From NCBI RefSeq assembly GCF_050920415.1, contig NZ_CP169309.1: a DNA stretch of 64,000 bases; one strand, given 5' to 3'. The DNA comes from Escherichia coli. Lineage in GTDB: Bacteria; Pseudomonadota; Gammaproteobacteria; Enterobacterales; Enterobacteriaceae. The notes beneath the pieces were generated by a model. That model did no database searches. It was not told the DNA's origin and saw only the letters and a list, made by a program, of their open reading frames with translations. How positions within the stretch are numbered: position 1 is the stretch's first letter; each line of letters opens with the position of its first letter. The position numbers and the translations under genes were made by a program. Positions 30,225 to 44,599 of the stretch are shown here, one piece after another.

Positions 30225-30253
30225 CCAGACCGCACGGTATCAACGAAATTAAA

Positions 30254-30649
30254 TTAACGACGCATACTCTTCGACAACATCATTTGCCACTTCTGCTCGC
30301 GGTTAAGTTCCGTGAGTGGAACGGCAGGAATACGCGGTGTCTTTCTTACGCCGACTAATTTTTCCCGACTGTTATTGCGCAGGCGCGCGTAAATTTGCTC
30401 ATCGATATCGACCACTTTAACCAGTCGCTGACACTGGCATCCCCGCCCTTCCAGCTTATTAGGGATCATCTTAACTTCGCAGCTTATTTCTGTGACTTCC
30501 GACAGAATATAAGTGAGGGTATTAACCGCCTTGCTGTGTTCAATATCGAAATGAATAGAGATCTCTCTTGCTATCACCCACCGATTTTCAGCCATCATCC
30601 ATTCGGCGATTAACAAGTAGAGTGGTTTTTCAACATATCCTTCACACAT
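30254..30649 (-). CDS. caiF: Transcriptional activator CaiF of the cai/fix operons
   Basis: ORF track 30254..30754; start trimmed to MCEGYVEKPLYLLIAEWMMAENRW (131 aa). Confidence 0.9.
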   Translation of the reverse strand: MCEGYVEKPLYLLIAEWMMAENRWVIAREISIHFDIEHSKAVNTLTYILSEVTEISCEVKMIPNKLEGRGCQCQRLVKVVDIDEQIYARLRNNSREKLVGVRKTPRIPAVPLTELNREQKWQMMLSKSMRR

Positions 30650-30828
30650 ACGAACTCCAGTTTCACAAATTAAAAGTCTGGCTATGACTCGTTTTGAAGC
30701 AATTAAACAAGGCCATATTAAAATTGTGGATATATCGATAGTATGCAACTTCACCGTCGATAAGTGTGAGCTAAATCCTGCTTATGTCATCAAAAATATC
30801 GATTCCCCAAAAGATTTACTTAATGGGC

Positions 30829-30858
30829 AAAAAAAAACGGTCCTCATCAGAGAACCGT
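30829..30858 (-). terminator. Intrinsic terminator downstream of carB
   Basis: Seen in sequence (minus strand): ACGGTTCTC-TGAT-GAGGACCG followed by a T9 run (plus-strand A9 at 30829..30837). Confidence 0.6.
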
Positions 30859-30910
30859 ATTAGTTATTCGATCAAATTAGCGGATGAAAAATATCCGCCA
30901 TGACACGCTA

Positions 30911-33900
30911 TTATTTGATCTGCGCGTGCATTTCCTGCACCGAAATTACTTTTTCAGTCGCATCGGCATTCAGCGCCATCGCGGTAGCGAAACCACCGTT
31001 CAGGGTGGTGTCATAATGCACTTTATATTGCAGCGCACTGCGACGAATCACGCGGGAGTCCTCAATCGCACGACGGCCTGACGTGGTGTTGATGATGTAG
31101 GTATATTCGCCATTCTTGATACGGTCCTGAATGTGCGGACGACCTTCATGCACCTTGTTCACCAAACGCGGGTTAATACCTGCTTCGCCCAGCACAATCG
31201 CTGTGCCGTGGGTCGCATCCAGCTCGAATCCCTGTTTCAGCAGTTTTGCCGCCAGGTCAACCACGCGTTCTTTATCGCCTTCACGCACGGAGAGCAACGC
31301 ACGACCGTGTTTCTTCATCGTGGAGTTACTGCCCAGCTGCGCTTTGGCAAACGCTTCAGCGAAGGTGCGGCCCACGCCCATCACTTCCCCGGTAGAGCGC
31401 ATTTCTGGCCCTAACAGCGGGTCAACGCCGGGGAATTTGTTGAACGGCAGCACCACTTCTTTCACCGAGTAATACGGCGGGATAACTTCTTTAGTTACGC
31501 CCTGCTCAGCCAGCGATTTGCCAGCCATCACACGCGCCGCCACTTTCGCCAGCGGTACGCCGGTGGCTTTGGAGACGAACGGAACAGTACGCGCCGCACG
31601 CGGGTTAACTTCAATCAGGTAGACTTCGTTGTTTTTCACCGCAAACTGCACGTTCATCAGTCCGCGCACCTGCAATTCGAAGGCCAGTTTCTGCACCTGT
31701 TGGCGCATCACATCCTGAATTTCCTGACTTAAAGTGTAGGCTGGCAGAGAACATGCGGAGTCACCGGAGTGCACGCCCGCCTGCTCAATATGCTCCATGA
31801 TGCCGCCAATCAGCACCATTTCACCGTCGCAGATGGCGTCCACATCCACTTCTACCGCGTCATCGAGGAAGTGGTCCAGCAATACTGGTGCATCGTTAGA
31901 CACGCTCACCGCCGTCTGGAAGTAGCGACGCAGGTCAGCTTCGTCATAGACGATTTCCATCGCCCGACCGCCGAGAACGTAAGACGGACGCACCACCAGC
32001 GGGTAACCAATCTCTTTTGCCTTCTCAACCGCCATTTCAATAGCGGTAACGGTGGCGTTCGCCGGTTGTTTCAGTTTCAGACGGTCAACCGCATGCTGGA
32101 AGCGTTCACGGTCTTCCGCACGGTCGATAGCATCCGGGCTGGTGCCGATAACCGGTACGCCAGCGGCTTCCAGTGCGCGCGCCAGTTTCAGCGGGGTCTG
32201 ACCGCCGTACTGAACGATAACGCCTTTCGGCTTCTCAATACGCACGATTTCCAGCACATCTTCCAGAGTTACCGGCTCGAAGTAGAGGCGATCGGAAGTG
32301 TCGTAGTCAGTGGAGACGGTTTCCGGGTTACAGTTAACCATAATGGTTTCGTAACCGTCTTCGCGCAGCGCCAGTGAGGCGTGTACGCAGCAGTAGTCGA
32401 ATTCGATACCCTGACCGATACGGTTCGGGCCGCCGCCGAGGACCATGATTTTGTCACGGTCAGATGGGTTGGATTCGCACTCTTCTTCATAAGTGGAGTA
32501 CATATAAGCGGTGTCGGTAGCGAACTCTGCCGCACAGGTATCCACGCGCTTGTAAACCGGGTGCAGGTCATACTGGTCACGCAGCTTACGGATTTCTGCT
32601 TCACGCACGCCCGCCAGTTTTGCCAGACGCGCATCGGCAAAGCCTTTGCGTTTCAGCTGGCGCAGGAAGTCAGCGTTCAGGCCAGTGATGCCCACTTCCG
32701 CTACTTTCTCTTCCAGGCGCACCAGCTCTTCAATTTGTACCAGGAACCAGCGGTCGATATTGGTCAGATTGAAGACGCCGTCTACGGACAGGCCCGCACG
32801 GAACGCATCGGCGATATACCAGATACGCTCTGCGCCTGCGTCTTTCAGCTCGCGGCGAATTTTGGTCAGCGCTTCCGGGTCGTCGAGACTCACTTTCGGG
32901 TCGAATCCAGTCGCACCGACTTCCAGGCCGCGCAGCGCTTTTTGCAGGGATTCCTGCTGCGTGCGACCAATCGCCATCACTTCACCAACCGATTTCATCT
33001 GAGTGGTCAGACGGTCGTTAGCACCAGCGAATTTCTCGAAGTTGAAGCGAGGAATTTTGGTCACCACGTAGTCGATAGACGGCTCGAAGGACGCCGGAGT
33101 ACGCCCGCCGGTGATGTCGTTCATCAGCTCATCGAGGGTGTAACCTACCGCCAGTTTCGCCGCCACTTTGGCAATCGGGAAACCGGTGGCTTTCGACGCC
33201 AGCGCCGAAGAACGGGACACGCGCGGGTTCATTTCGATAACAATCAGGCGACCATTTTTCGGGTTCACCGCAAACTGGACGTTGGAACCACCGGTTTCAA
33301 CGCCGATTTCACGCAGCACCGCCATCGAGGCGTTACGCATGATTTGATATTCTTTGTCGGTCAGCGTTTGGGCTGGCGCGACAGTGATGGAGTCACCGGT
33401 ATGGATGCCCATCGCATCGAAGTTTTCGATAGAGCAGACGATGATGCAGTTGTCGTTTTTATCACGCACCACTTCCATCTCGTACTCTTTCCAGCCGATC
33501 AGCGACTCATCAATCAGCAGTTCTTTGGTCGGAGAGAGATCCAGACCGCGGGCGCAAATTTCTTCAAACTCTTCGCGGTTATAAGCGATACCACCACCGC
33601 TACCACCCATGGTAAAGGATGGGCGAATAATGCACGGGAAGCCCACTTCAGCGGCAACTGCCAGCGCTTCTTCCATGGTGTGTGCGATACCAGAACGCGC
33701 AGTTTCCAGACCGATTTTCTTCATCGCCACGTCGAAACGGCGGCGGTCTTCGGCTTTATCAATCGCATCGGCGGTGGCACCAATCATGGTGACGCCGAAC
33801 TCTTCCAGCACGCCCTGACGCTCCAGCTCCAGCGCACAGTTCAGCGCTGTCTGACCGCCCATCGTTGGCAGCACCGCGTCCGGACGCTCTTTTTCAATAA

Positions 33901-34129
33901 TCTTGCGTACCACTTCCCAGTGAATCGGCTCGATGTAGGTCGCATCGGCCATTTCCGGGTCGGTCATGATGGTCGCAGGGTTGGAGTTCACCAGAATGAC
34001 GCGGTAACCCTCTTCGCGCAGGGCTTTACATGCTTGCGCGCCAGAGTAGTCAAACTCACACGCCTGACCGATAACAATCGGGCCCGCACCCAGAATCAGG
34101 ATACTTTTTATATCTGTACGTTTTGGCAT
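30911..34129 (-). CDS. carB: Carbamoyl-phosphate synthase large subunit
   Basis: 1072-aa ORF with duplicated ATP-grasp halves; synteny with carA. Confidence 0.97.
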   Translation of the reverse strand: MPKRTDIKSILILGAGPIVIGQACEFDYSGAQACKALREEGYRVILVNSNPATIMTDPEMADATYIEPIHWEVVRKIIEKERPDAVLPTMGGQTALNCALELERQGVLEEFGVTMIGATADAIDKAEDRRRFDVAMKKIGLETARSGIAHTMEEALAVAAEVGFPCIIRPSFTMGGSGGGIAYNREEFEEICARGLDLSPTKELLIDESLIGWKEYEMEVVRDKNDNCIIVCSIENFDAMGIHTGDSITVAPAQTLTDKEYQIMRNASMAVLREIGVETGGSNVQFAVNPKNGRLIVIEMNPRVSRSSALASKATGFPIAKVAAKLAVGYTLDELMNDITGGRTPASFEPSIDYVVTKIPRFNFEKFAGANDRLTTQMKSVGEVMAIGRTQQESLQKALRGLEVGATGFDPKVSLDDPEALTKIRRELKDAGAERIWYIADAFRAGLSVDGVFNLTNIDRWFLVQIEELVRLEEKVAEVGITGLNADFLRQLKRKGFADARLAKLAGVREAEIRKLRDQYDLHPVYKRVDTCAAEFATDTAYMYSTYEEECESNPSDRDKIMVLGGGPNRIGQGIEFDYCCVHASLALREDGYETIMVNCNPETVSTDYDTSDRLYFEPVTLEDVLEIVRIEKPKGVIVQYGGQTPLKLARALEAAGVPVIGTSPDAIDRAEDRERFQHAVDRLKLKQPANATVTAIEMAVEKAKEIGYPLVVRPSYVLGGRAMEIVYDEADLRRYFQTAVSVSNDAPVLLDHFLDDAVEVDVDAICDGEMVLIGGIMEHIEQAGVHSGDSACSLPAYTLSQEIQDVMRQQVQKLAFELQVRGLMNVQFAVKNNEVYLIEVNPRAARTVPFVSKATGVPLAKVAARVMAGKSLAEQGVTKEVIPPYYSVKEVVLPFNKFPGVDPLLGPEMRSTGEVMGVGRTFAEAFAKAQLGSNSTMKKHGRALLSVREGDKERVVDLAAKLLKQGFELDATHGTAIVLGEAGINPRLVNKVHEGRPHIQDRIKNGEYTYIINTTSGRRAIEDSRVIRRSALQYKVHYDTTLNGGFATAMALNADATEKVISVQEMHAQIK

Positions 34130-34146
34130 GGCTCTTTTACTCCTGA

Positions 34147-35295
34147 TTACTTAGCGGTTTTACGGTACTGCTCAATTAACTCGATAAAGTGGTCGAACAA
34201 CGGCGCGGCGTCGTGTGGACCCGGACTGGCTTCAGGGTGGCCCTGGAAGCTGAATGCCGGTTTATCGGTGCGATGAATGCCCTGTAACGTACCGTCGAAC
34301 AGGGATTTATGCGTAACACGCAGGTTTGCAGGTAATGTTGCTTCATCCACCGCAAAACCGTGGTTCTGGGCGGTGATCATCACCACGTTTTTTTCAACAT
34401 CTTTAACCGGATGGTTGCCGCCGTGGTGTCCAAATTTCATTTTGACAGTCTTCGCACCGCTCGCCAGCGCCAGCAACTGATGGCCGAGGCAGATGCCGAA
34501 TACCGGGATGTCGGTTTCGAGGAATTTCTGGATGGCAGTAATAGCGTAATCACACGGTGCCGGGTCGCCAGGACCGTTGGAGAGGAAGATACCGTCTGGA
34601 TTCATTTTCAGTACATCTTCGGCAGATGTTTGCGCCGGAACGATGGTCAGGCGGCAGCCGCGGTCAACCAACATGCGCAGGATGTTGCGTTTGGCGCCGA
34701 AATCATAAGCCACGACGTGGAACGGCAACTCGTCTTCTTTTTTTGCTTCTGGCAAGCCGCCAGTCAGCGTCCAGCTCCCTTGTGTCCAGCTATAGGCTTC
34801 TGCGGTAGTCACTTCTTTTGCCAGATCCATGCCGTTCAGACCTGGGAACGCGCGGGCTTTTTCTAACGCCAGCGCCGCATCCGGGTTATCGCCTGCGATA
34901 ATGCAGCCATTCTGTGCGCCTTTCTCACGCAGTAAACGCGTCAGCTTACGGGTATCGATATCAGCAATCGCCACGATGTTATGGCGTTTAAGGTAAGAAG
35001 AGAGGTCTTCGGTATTACGGAAGTTGCTGGCAATCAGCGGCAGGTCGCGAATCACCAGACCTTGTGCATGTACCTGAGAAGATTCTTCATCGGCGTCATT
35101 AGTGCCGACATTGCCAATATGGGGATAAGTAAGAGTAACGATTTGACGAGAATAGGAAGGATCAGTGAGGATTTCTTGATAACCGGTCATTGAAGTATTG
35201 AAAACGACTTCCCCAACCGCCGAACCTGTTGCCCCTATGGCCCGACCGTGAAACTGGGTTCCGTCTTCCAGAACCAATAGCGCTGACTTAATCAA
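34147..35295 (-). CDS. carA: Carbamoyl-phosphate synthase small (glutaminase) subunit
   Basis: ORF track 34147..35322; start placed at the in-frame TTG giving (M)[16 protein letters not shown] (382 aa), as annotated for E. coli carA. Confidence 0.93.
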   Translation of the reverse strand: MIKSALLVLEDGTQFHGRAIGATGSAVGEVVFNTSMTGYQEILTDPSYSRQIVTLTYPHIGNVGTNDADEESSQVHAQGLVIRDLPLIASNFRNTEDLSSYLKRHNIVAIADIDTRKLTRLLREKGAQNGCIIAGDNPDAALALEKARAFPGLNGMDLAKEVTTAEAYSWTQGSWTLTGGLPEAKKEDELPFHVVAYDFGAKRNILRMLVDRGCRLTIVPAQTSAEDVLKMNPDGIFLSNGPGDPAPCDYAITAIQKFLETDIPVFGICLGHQLLALASGAKTVKMKFGHHGGNHPVKDVEKNVVMITAQNHGFAVDEATLPANLRVTHKSLFDGTLQGIHRTDKPAFSFQGHPEASPGPHDAAPLFDHFIELIEQYRKTAK

Positions 35296-35450
35296 AACAC
35301 CCTCCAGAGAATATTCACTCACTTTATTTGCATATTAATTCACAATGATGACGTAAATCAATGCAAATCTGCTTACCGACGAATTTCTGGCAAACGGCGG
35401 CATTCTGGAGAGATGAGAGCTAAAAGTCAACTTAATGGTGGTATTTTTTA
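35296..35450 (-). promoter_or_regulatory. carAB control region containing an ARG-box-like operator
   Basis: Seen in sequence: TGAATTAATATGCAAATA on the minus strand (plus 35325..35342), matching the ArgR ARG-box consensus just upstream of carA. Assignment to promoter P2 is from established knowledge. Confidence 0.6.
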
Positions 35451-35750
35451 TATTATTTTGTGGCTCATGCATGTTTTGCAGGCATTAAGCGACAAAAAGA
35501 TCATATAACCCGTTCTGGAAAACGCTTGCGCAGCAAGAAGATTGTATAAAATCAAAACGCGTAGAAAAAAGTGGACCAAATGGTCAAAATTTACATTAAA
35601 ACAACAAAAACAGAAGAGAAAACATGTTATTTTTAGCACGCTATACGCTTTTATAAATAAAAAACTCAAAATAAAAGGGCTAAAAATTAAAGCCCTTTAT
35701 AATCAATAAATTAAATACGTTATTTTTGCACCATCACAAATGTTTTGTGG

Positions 35751-36587
<837 letters not shown>

Positions 36588-36738
36588 TTAATTTGCATAG
36601 ACCGTTTTCAGAGTAACCAGAGCATCGCTACGCCGCCAGCCAAAAACGCTGATAATTAGAAATTAATGATAAACAGGGAGGGATATCAGTGAAAGGCATG
36701 AGTCGATGAATGACTGCATGCCGATAACATGTGACAGG

Positions 36739-37653
36739 TTACGACGCCAGAGCCAGCACCTCAGCCACCCACTGCTGGAAACCTTTCACATCCAGATCCA
36801 GCGCCACCTGCACGTTTGCAGGTTTACTCAGGCAACCATCAATATCAACAACCGTAGTACCTGAGGTAAATTCACCCTGAGTTTCCACCGCCACAAAACA
36901 CGGTTTGAGAGTGAACAAGTCTGGGCGCACCAGCCAGGCGATGGCGCAGAGATCGTGCATACGCAGACCGCTTTGCATACTGCCGCTACGGTAGTGGCTA
37001 AACAGGGCGTGCAACATTTTCCCGGTACGATTCAACTCCGGCAAAGTAGCGAGATAGTCAGGAGTTAATATTGCCTGATTGGTGACATCCAAACCGCACA
37101 TAACGATTTCGATGCCGCTACGGAAGACACAGGCTGCTGCTTCTGGATCGGCAGCGATATTAAACTCGGCGTTTGGTGTGCAGTTGCCGCGACCGGCAGA
37201 ACCGCCCATGATCACCAGACGGCGAATATGCGGTTTGCATTCCGGGCATTGTGAAAGTAACAGCGCAATATTGGTTAACGGGCCGATGGCTACCAGCGTA
37301 ACAGGCTCAGGCGCACGCAGCAGGGCATCACGAATCGCCAGAAATGCGGGTTTGTCCAGTGGGCTTCTGTTGTGCTCGACAAAGTCGTAGCCAGCCATTC
37401 CCGATTCACCGTGCACAGATGCTGCATTACGCGGTGCGCGTACCAGCGGCACAGCGGCTCCCTGGGCGAGCGGAATATCCGCATTCCAGAAATGCAGCAG
37501 TTGCAGGGCGTTGCGGGTAGTTTTCTCAACCGAAACATTACCCGCGACGGTGGTCATCAGTTGCAGGTCGAGTTCGGGGGCAAAAATCGCGGCGGCAATG
37601 GCGACCGCATCGTCAATACCGGGGTCTGTATCGAGGAAGATAGGTAAACGCAT
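36739..37653 (-). CDS. rihC: Non-specific ribonucleoside hydrolase RihC
   Basis: 304-aa ORF with the nucleoside hydrolase N-terminal motif ([12 protein letters not shown]). Confidence 0.93.
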   Translation of the reverse strand: MRLPIFLDTDPGIDDAVAIAAAIFAPELDLQLMTTVAGNVSVEKTTRNALQLLHFWNADIPLAQGAAVPLVRAPRNAASVHGESGMAGYDFVEHNRSPLDKPAFLAIRDALLRAPEPVTLVAIGPLTNIALLLSQCPECKPHIRRLVIMGGSAGRGNCTPNAEFNIAADPEAAACVFRSGIEIVMCGLDVTNQAILTPDYLATLPELNRTGKMLHALFSHYRSGSMQSGLRMHDLCAIAWLVRPDLFTLKPCFVAVETQGEFTSGTTVVDIDGCLSKPANVQVALDLDVKGFQQWVAEVLALAS

Positions 37654-37718
37654 GTTTTCTCCATAAAAAATGCCGGTAACAGGACCGGCATTTTCGCATA
37701 ACTTAGGCTGCTAATGAC

Positions 37719-38669
37719 TTAATCGACTTCACGAATATCGACACGCAGCTCTTTCGGCACTTCGAAAACAATGTTTTCTTCACGGCCTTCCAGCGGGATG
37801 GCTTCACCACCGCCCAGCTGCTGCAAACGTGCCACCACATTCTGCACCAGAATATCCGGAGCCGATGCGCCCGCAGTCACGCCGACGCATTTAACCTCTT
37901 TCACCCACTCTTCCTGGATATCTTTCGCATCGTCAATCAAAAACGCGCGTTTGCCCATACGCTGGGCCAGTTCCGCCAGACGGTTGGAGTTGGAAGAGTT
38001 TTTTGAACCAACCACCAGTACTACTTCCGCCTGTTCTGCCAGAGCGCGTACCGCTTCCTGACGGTTAGTGGTGGCGTAGCAAATGTCATCTTTGCGCGGC
38101 CCGACAATTTTCGGAAAGCGTTTACGCAACGCATCGATCACATCAGACGTGTCATCCACCGACAGCGTAGTTTGGGTCATAAAGGAGAGTTTCTCTTCGT
38201 TTTTGACCGTCAGTTTCCACACATCGTCCGGCGATTCGACCAGATACATTCCCCCTTCCGGGTTGCTGTACTGACCCATCGTCCCTTCCACTTCCGGGTG
38301 ACCGGCGTGACCGATAAGAATAGACTCTTCACCACGGCGGCTGGCACGGGCGACTTCCATATGCACTTTGGTCACCAGCGGACAGGTGGCATCAAACACC
38401 GTCAAATCACGGCTTTTCGCTTCGTTACGTACCGCCTGAGAAACACCGTGTGCGGAGAAAATCAGGATCGCGCCGTCCGGGACTTCGCTAATCTGCTCAA
38501 TAAAGATAGCCCCACGCTCGCGCAGGCTATCGACCACGTAGCGGTTATGCACCACTTCGTGACGGACATATATCGGTGCGCCGTAAATGGCCAGCGCGTT
38601 TTCAACAATGCTGATAGCGCGGTCTACCCCGGCACAAAAACCACGCGGGTTGGCCAACAGGATCTGCAT
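37719..38669 (-). CDS. ispH: 4-hydroxy-3-methylbut-2-enyl diphosphate reductase IspH (LytB)
   Basis: ORF track 37719..38753; start taken at [19 protein letters not shown] (316 aa). Confidence 0.93.
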
Positions 38670-38670
38670 G

Positions 38671-39120
38671 TTACGCCTCCAGTGCCGGATCGATTTCCAG
38701 CACTTCAATATCAAAATGAACGGTCTGCCCGGCCAGCGGATGATTGAAATCAACGGTAATGGAGTCGCCGTTAATTTCGCGGATCACGCCAGGCATCTCA
38801 CTGCCATCCATTGCGGTAAAAAGCATGATTGCACCAATTTCTGGCTCGCCTGCATCCATAAACTCACGGCGGGAGAAGTACTGAATCAGGTCCGGTGACG
38901 GCACGCCAAACGCCGCATCTGGCTCCAGCGAGAAGGTGGTTTTATCACCCACTTTCAGCCCCAGCAGGTGTTGCTCCAGACCTTCGGAGAGAGAAGCATC
39001 GCCCAGGCGGAACAGCGCCGGTTTACCGTTGTTGCGGGTAGACTCGGCGGTGGTGCCATCGTCGAGTTTTAGCGTGAAGTGCACCAGGACGGCGCTATTG
39101 CTCTGTACAGATTCAGACAT
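38671..39120 (-). CDS. fkpB: FKBP-type peptidyl-prolyl cis-trans isomerase FkpB (SlpA)
   Basis: 149-aa ORF; FKBP domain; synteny lspA-fkpB-ispH. Confidence 0.93.
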
Positions 39121-39150
39121 GCAGGTTTGCTCTTATATTTTGAGGATTTT

Positions 39151-39220
39151 TGCCGGATGCGGCCTACGATTTCACAGCAATCTGTAGGCCGGATAAGATG
39201 CGTCAGCATCGCATCCGGCA
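39151..39220. repeat. REP-type palindromic element (lspA-fkpB intergenic)
   Basis: Seen in sequence: TGCCGGATGCGGCCTACG...CTGTAGGCCGGATAAGATGCGTCAGCATCGCATCCGGCA. Confidence 0.75.
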
Positions 39221-39227
39221 GGGTTTA

Positions 39228-39722
39228 TTATTGTTTTTTCGCTTTCGAAGGTAAAAAACCTTCCAGCACAATCAGTGCCGCACCGACACAGATAGCAGTA
39301 TCGGCGAGGTTGAAGGTGGCGAAGTGCCAGTCGCCGACGTAGAAGTCGATCATATCGACAACGAAGCCGTGCCACAGGCGGTCGAACAGGTTGCCCAGCG
39401 CGCCGCCAATAATCAGCGCGTAAGCGATATTGTTCAGCTTCTGCGTGGCCTTCGAGCGATACATCATCACTACCAGAATCACGCTAATACCAATCGCAAT
39501 ACCGGCAAAGAACCAACGCTGCCAGCCGCCGCTATCGGCAAGGAAACTAAACGCCGCGCCATAGTTACGCGCATAATGCAGATTAAGCGACGGGAACAGC
39601 GGGACCGTATCCCCCAGAGCAAAGTTCTGGAGGATCAGGTATTTGCTGCCCAGATCGATAATCAGCACGACTACCACCAGCCACAGCCAGCGTAGCCCTG
39701 TTGAACAGATCGATTGACTCAT
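39228..39722 (-). CDS. lspA: Lipoprotein signal peptidase (signal peptidase II)
   Basis: 164-aa hydrophobic ORF; start overlaps the ileS stop. Confidence 0.95.
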   Translation of the reverse strand: MSQSICSTGLRWLWLVVVVLIIDLGSKYLILQNFALGDTVPLFPSLNLHYARNYGAAFSFLADSGGWQRWFFAGIAIGISVILVVMMYRSKATQKLNNIAYALIIGGALGNLFDRLWHGFVVDMIDFYVGDWHFATFNLADTAICVGAALIVLEGFLPSKAKKQ

Positions 39723-42538
39723 CAGGCAAACTTACGTTTTTCACCGTCACCGGCGACGTTGCTGACACAGCGGCCGCAGATTTCTGCGTGTTCCGCCACC
39801 TTGCCGACATCCTGGGTGTAGTGCCAGCAGCGTGGGCACTTCTCACCTTCGGCTTTACTCAACGCGACTTTCAGCCCTTTGAGTACTTCGCTCTGCTGAG
39901 CATCAGCAGGGGCGTCGTTATAGTCTGCAACGGTAGCGCCGGAGGTCAACAGGACAAATCGTAATTCATCGCCCAGCGCGGTCAGTTTCGCCGCCAGTTC
40001 CGGTTCTGCATACAAGGTTACTGCCGCTTCCAGCGAGCCACCCACTTTCTTGTCGGCACGTGCTTGCTCAATGACTTTGTTCACTTCGCCACGCACTTTC
40101 AGCAGCTCGTCCCAGAACGCATCGTTCATCGCTTCGCTGTCTGCCAGACCAAACAGGCCTTCGTACCACTCGCCGGTGAAGACGTATTTTTCACGTTCGC
40201 CCGGCAGATAGCCCCACACTTCATCAGCGGTGAAGGAGAGGATTGGTGCCATCCAGCGAACCAGCGCTTCTGCGATGTGATACAGCGCAGTCTGGCAGCT
40301 ACGACGCGCCACGCTGTCCGCTTTCGCGGTGTACTGGCGGTCCTTAATGATGTCGAGGTAGAAAGAGCCCATCTCAACGGAGCAGAAGCGCATCAGACGC
40401 TGTACCACTTCGTGGAAATCGTATGCTTCGTACGCCTTGAGGATGTCTTCCTGCGCCGCTTTCGCACAACCTACGGCCCAGCGATCCAGTACCACCATCT
40501 CTTCCGGTTTCACCATATCTTTTGCCGGATCGAAACCGTTCAGGTTTGCCAGCAGGAAACGTGCAGTGTTACGGATACGACGATAGCTGTCGGCTGCACG
40601 TTTCAGGATCTCGTCAGAAACGGCCATTTCACCGGTGTAGTCCGTTGATGCCACCCACAGACGCAGAATATCCGCGCCCAGTTTGTTCATCACATCCTGC
40701 GGCGAAACGGTGTTGCCGATGGATTTAGACATCTTGCGACCCTGACCATCCACGGTAAAGCCGTGGGTCAGTACCTGACGATACGGCGCTTTGCCTTTCA
40801 TCGCGGTGGAGATCATCAGGGAAGACATGAACCAGCCACGGTGCTGGTCAGAACCTTCCAGATACATGTCCGCTGCGTGACCAGCAAATTCCGGACGCAC
40901 GTCAACAACAGAAGAGTGGGTAGATCCGGAGTCAAACCATACGTCCAGCGTATCCGGCACTTTCACGTACTGATCAGCTTCGTCGCCGAGGATCTCTTTC
41001 GCATCAAGATCCCACCATGCCTGAATGCCATCAACTTCAACGCGTTTTGCCACTTCTTCCATCAGTTCGAGGGTACGCGGATGCAGCTCTTCCGTGTCTT
41101 TGTGCACGAACAGTGACATCGGTACGCCCCAGGTGCGCTGACGGGAGATACACCAGTCAGGACGGTTAGCGACCATCGACTCGATACGCGCCTGGCCCCA
41201 GTCAGGGATCCACTGCACGCCTTTGATCTCTTTCAGTGACTGCGCACGCAGACCTTTCTGATCCATGCTGACGAACCACTGCGGCGTAGCGCGGAAGATG
41301 ATCGGCGTTTTGTGACGCCAGCAGCACGGATAGCTGTGCTGCATTTTCTCAACGTGCAGCAGCGCGCCTTTTTCCTGTAGCAGCGCAACGACGATGTCGT
41401 TCGCTTTGAAGACGTTAACACCATCCAGCGTCGGGTAAGTACCCGGCAGATAAGTACCGTCCGGGCCAACCGGGTTAGCGGTTTCCAGACCATATTTCTG
41501 ACCGATCACATAGTCGTCCGGACCGTGGCCTGGCGCGGTGTGAACGGCACCGGTACCGGCATCCAGCGTAACGTGATCGCCAAGAATTGCCGGAACGTCG
41601 AAGCCCATAAACGGATGGGTAAAGCGCAGCAGCTCCAGCTCCGCACCTTTTACCGTGCCGAGAATGGTGTAATCGGTCACGCCGATACGCTGCATTACGC
41701 TTTCAACCAGATCTTTCGCCAGAATCACGGCCTGACCGTCGATCTGCACCAGCGCATAGTCGAAATCCGGTGCAATGGAGATTGCGCGGTTGGCAGGCAA
41801 AGTCCACGGTGTAGTGGTCCAGATCACCAGCGAGATTGGACCGTTAACGTTGCTTACGCCAAATTTTGCTTTCAGTGCATCCTGATCGACTGCCTGGAAA
41901 GCGACGTCGATGGACGGAGAAGTTTTGTCGTAATACTCAACTTCCGCTTCTGCCAGTGCAGAACGGCAGTCAACGCACCAGTGCACCGGCTTCGCGCCTT
42001 TGTGCAGGTGACCGTTGCCGATGATTTTGCCCAGCGCGCGGATGATGTTGGCTTCAGTTTTGAAGTCCATAGTCAGGTACGGGTGCGACCAGTCGCCCAG
42101 CACGCCCAGACGGATAAAGTCTTTGCGCTGACCGTCAACCTGGGTCGCAGCGTATTCACGGCACTTGGCGCGGAACTCAGCAGCGGTGAATTTCTCACCC
42201 GGCTTACCGTATTCTTGCTCTACTTTCAGCTCGATCGGCAGACCGTGGCAGTCCCAGCCAGGCACATACGGCGAGTCATAACCGGAAAGCCCTTTGGACT
42301 TCACGATAATGTCTTTCAGAATCTTGTTAACCGAGTGACCAATATGAATGCTGCCATTCGCATAAGGAGGGCCATCATGCAGAATGAAGGTTTTTTTGCC
42401 TTTTTTAGCCGCACGGATGATGCCGTACAGATCATCATCAGTCCAACGCGCCAGCATTCCCGGTTCACGCTTGGCGAGATCGCCACGCATCGGGAACCCT
42501 GTTTCCGGCAAATTCAGGGTTGATTTATAGTCACTCAT
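39722..42538 (-). CDS. ileS: Isoleucyl-tRNA synthetase
   Basis: 938-aa ORF with class I aaRS motifs ([20 protein letters not shown]) and C-terminal zinc-binding Cys motif. Confidence 0.97.
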   Translation of the reverse strand: MSDYKSTLNLPETGFPMRGDLAKREPGMLARWTDDDLYGIIRAAKKGKKTFILHDGPPYANGSIHIGHSVNKILKDIIVKSKGLSGYDSPYVPGWDCHGLPIELKVEQEYGKPGEKFTAAEFRAKCREYAATQVDGQRKDFIRLGVLGDWSHPYLTMDFKTEANIIRALGKIIGNGHLHKGAKPVHWCVDCRSALAEAEVEYYDKTSPSIDVAFQAVDQDALKAKFGVSNVNGPISLVIWTTTPWTLPANRAISIAPDFDYALVQIDGQAVILAKDLVESVMQRIGVTDYTILGTVKGAELELLRFTHPFMGFDVPAILGDHVTLDAGTGAVHTAPGHGPDDYVIGQKYGLETANPVGPDGTYLPGTYPTLDGVNVFKANDIVVALLQEKGALLHVEKMQHSYPCCWRHKTPIIFRATPQWFVSMDQKGLRAQSLKEIKGVQWIPDWGQARIESMVANRPDWCISRQRTWGVPMSLFVHKDTEELHPRTLELMEEVAKRVEVDGIQAWWDLDAKEILGDEADQYVKVPDTLDVWFDSGSTHSSVVDVRPEFAGHAADMYLEGSDQHRGWFMSSLMISTAMKGKAPYRQVLTHGFTVDGQGRKMSKSIGNTVSPQDVMNKLGADILRLWVASTDYTGEMAVSDEILKRAADSYRRIRNTARFLLANLNGFDPAKDMVKPEEMVVLDRWAVGCAKAAQEDILKAYEAYDFHEVVQRLMRFCSVEMGSFYLDIIKDRQYTAKADSVARRSCQTALYHIAEALVRWMAPILSFTADEVWGYLPGEREKYVFTGEWYEGLFGLADSEAMNDAFWDELLKVRGEVNKVIEQARADKKVGGSLEAAVTLYAEPELAAKLTALGDELRFVLLTSGATVADYNDAPADAQQSEVLKGLKVALSKAEGEKCPRCWHYTQDVGKVAEHAEICGRCVSNVAGDGEKRKFA

Positions 42539-42580
42539 CAGATTCTCGGTTCCGTATTTCGGTTTGATTACATAACAGGC

Positions 42581-43522
42581 TTAAGCCGGTTTTGTTAGCC
42601 CAAAAAATTCGCGGGCGGTTAATTCATCACGCGCAATCTGCGCTTTCAGTTCGTCCAGCGACGCAAATCGCTGCTCATTGCGTATTTTTTTACGCAGCAC
42701 TACTTGTATATGGCGACCATACAGGTCCATTGCAACATCTAACAAATGCACTTCCAGCTGCTGGCGAATACCGGCAACCGTTGGGCGTGTTCCGATGTTT
42801 GCCACGCCGGGTAACGGCTTTTCACCGAGGCCCAGCACTTCTACCGCATAAACCCCTTTCACCGGGGAAACCTGACGGCGCAGCGGTACATTCGCCGTCG
42901 GGAAACCTATAGTGCGCCCTAATTCATCACCGTGGACCACACGCCCGGAGATGGCAAACGGGTGCCCCAGTAAACTTTCTGCCAGAGCCAGATTGTCATC
43001 CGCCAGCGCCTGACGTACAGCGGTACTGCTGATGCGCACGCCACCTTCGCAAAAAGTTTGCGTACTGGTGATATCGAAGCCGTATTCCGCGCCAGCTTTC
43101 TGTAATAACAAGAAATCGCCTTCACGACCAGCGCCAAAGCGGAAATCATCACCTACGGCAAGAAATTTTACCCGCAAATGCTTCACCAGAAGGTCACTGA
43201 TGAAATTTTGCGCGGTTAACGCCGCGAAACGCCTGTCGAAACGCACGCACAGCACGTAATCAACGCCACACTCTGCAAGGTAACGCAGTTTTTCCCGCAG
43301 TCGGGTCAGCCGTGCCGGGGCTTTATCGGTAGCAAACAGTTCCAGTGGTTGAGGTTCAAAAAGCATCACCATCACCGGTAAGTTGCGCTTGCGCCCTTCT
43401 TCCTGCAAGCCCTGTAACAGCGCGCGATGACCGCGATGCACGCCGTCGAAATTACCAATAGTCAGCACACACCCTTCTTGCGGGGCCTGGCTGAGATTAT
43501 GTATGCCGCGTATCAGCTTCAT
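42581..43522 (-). CDS. ribF: Bifunctional riboflavin kinase / FMN adenylyltransferase
   Basis: 313-aa ORF; synteny immediately upstream of ileS. Confidence 0.95.
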   Translation of the reverse strand: MKLIRGIHNLSQAPQEGCVLTIGNFDGVHRGHRALLQGLQEEGRKRNLPVMVMLFEPQPLELFATDKAPARLTRLREKLRYLAECGVDYVLCVRFDRRFAALTAQNFISDLLVKHLRVKFLAVGDDFRFGAGREGDFLLLQKAGAEYGFDITSTQTFCEGGVRISSTAVRQALADDNLALAESLLGHPFAISGRVVHGDELGRTIGFPTANVPLRRQVSPVKGVYAVEVLGLGEKPLPGVANIGTRPTVAGIRQQLEVHLLDVAMDLYGRHIQVVLRKKIRNEQRFASLDELKAQIARDELTAREFFGLTKPA

Positions 43523-43529
43523 GTCTGGC

Positions 43530-43748
43530 TCAAAACAGTGAAAATCGTCCGAGTATACCTTGTACAGCGGTCAAGGTTAACCGGCGATTGAGTACCGAAA
43601 TCAGAAAGAAGTGGCTTTTCATTGCCATGCCGCAAATTACGGGAAGAAACAGACCGCCTGCTGCAATTTTTATCGCGGAAAAGCTGTATTCGCACCACGC
43701 AAGCTGGTAGAATCCTGCGCCATCACTACGTAACGAGTGCCGGCACAT
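43530..43748 (-). CDS. yaaY: Small protein YaaY (function unknown)
   Basis: 72-aa ORF at the position of yaaY between rpsT and ribF; little intrinsic evidence beyond synteny. Confidence 0.6.
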   Translation of the reverse strand: MCRHSLRSDGAGFYQLAWCEYSFSAIKIAAGGLFLPVICGMAMKSHFFLISVLNRRLTLTAVQGILGRFSLF

Positions 43749-43829
43749 TAACGGCGCTTATTTGCACAAATCCATTGACAAAAGAAGGCTAAAAGGGCAT
43801 ATTCCTCGGCCTTTGAATTGTCCATATAG

Positions 43830-44114
<285 letters not shown>

Positions 44115-44140
44115 TCGCCAATTTGCTGAAGCTTTGTGAA

Positions 44141-44167
44141 AAAGCCCGCGCAAGCGGGTTTTTTTAT
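44141..44167 (+). terminator. rpsT intrinsic terminator
   Basis: Seen in sequence: AAAGCCCGCG-CAA-GCGGGTTTTTTTAT directly after the rpsT stop. Confidence 0.8.
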
Positions 44168-44599
44168 GTCTGCGGCTTTTGTGATGCCTGAGAGAACACA
44201 ATGGCGATTGCCAGAGAGTCAAAAGTTGCAGGTGCTTGCAGACATGCCGTTACACTCTCTGGACTCTTCGTGGCTTAAAAATCGCAGAACCATCGGCTGA
44301 TACATTCTGAATAAGAATATCTACTCAATCTCCAGACTCCCCTACATAGAATGTGGAGATCGTGATACATATTGAGGTCTTAAACTTAAGATCACTCTAT
44401 TTTTGAATTAAATTCCTATACTCTTTAACCATCCATAAATATCACTTTATTAAATCTAATAAATTATTAACCACAATCAATACAGGTCAAATACTTATTT
44501 ATAATGTACTTATTAAAAACTAATGAGCGATTTTTGATAGTAATCACATATACTTTAAAATAAATTAATAAAAAAACTCATCAAATTCAAGGACTGATA

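Noticed and set aside
32381-34276. 631-aa ORF on the plus strand
   Set aside because: Lies entirely antisense to carB; low-complexity Arg/Gly/Val-rich translation typical of a spurious antisense frame in GC-rich coding DNA.
35448-35669. 73-aa ORF in the carA-dapB intergenic region
   Set aside because: Falls in the AT-rich carAB/dapB promoter region; low-complexity translation, no RBS context; likely spurious.
41525-42523. 332-aa ORF on the plus strand
   Set aside because: Antisense to ileS; spurious.
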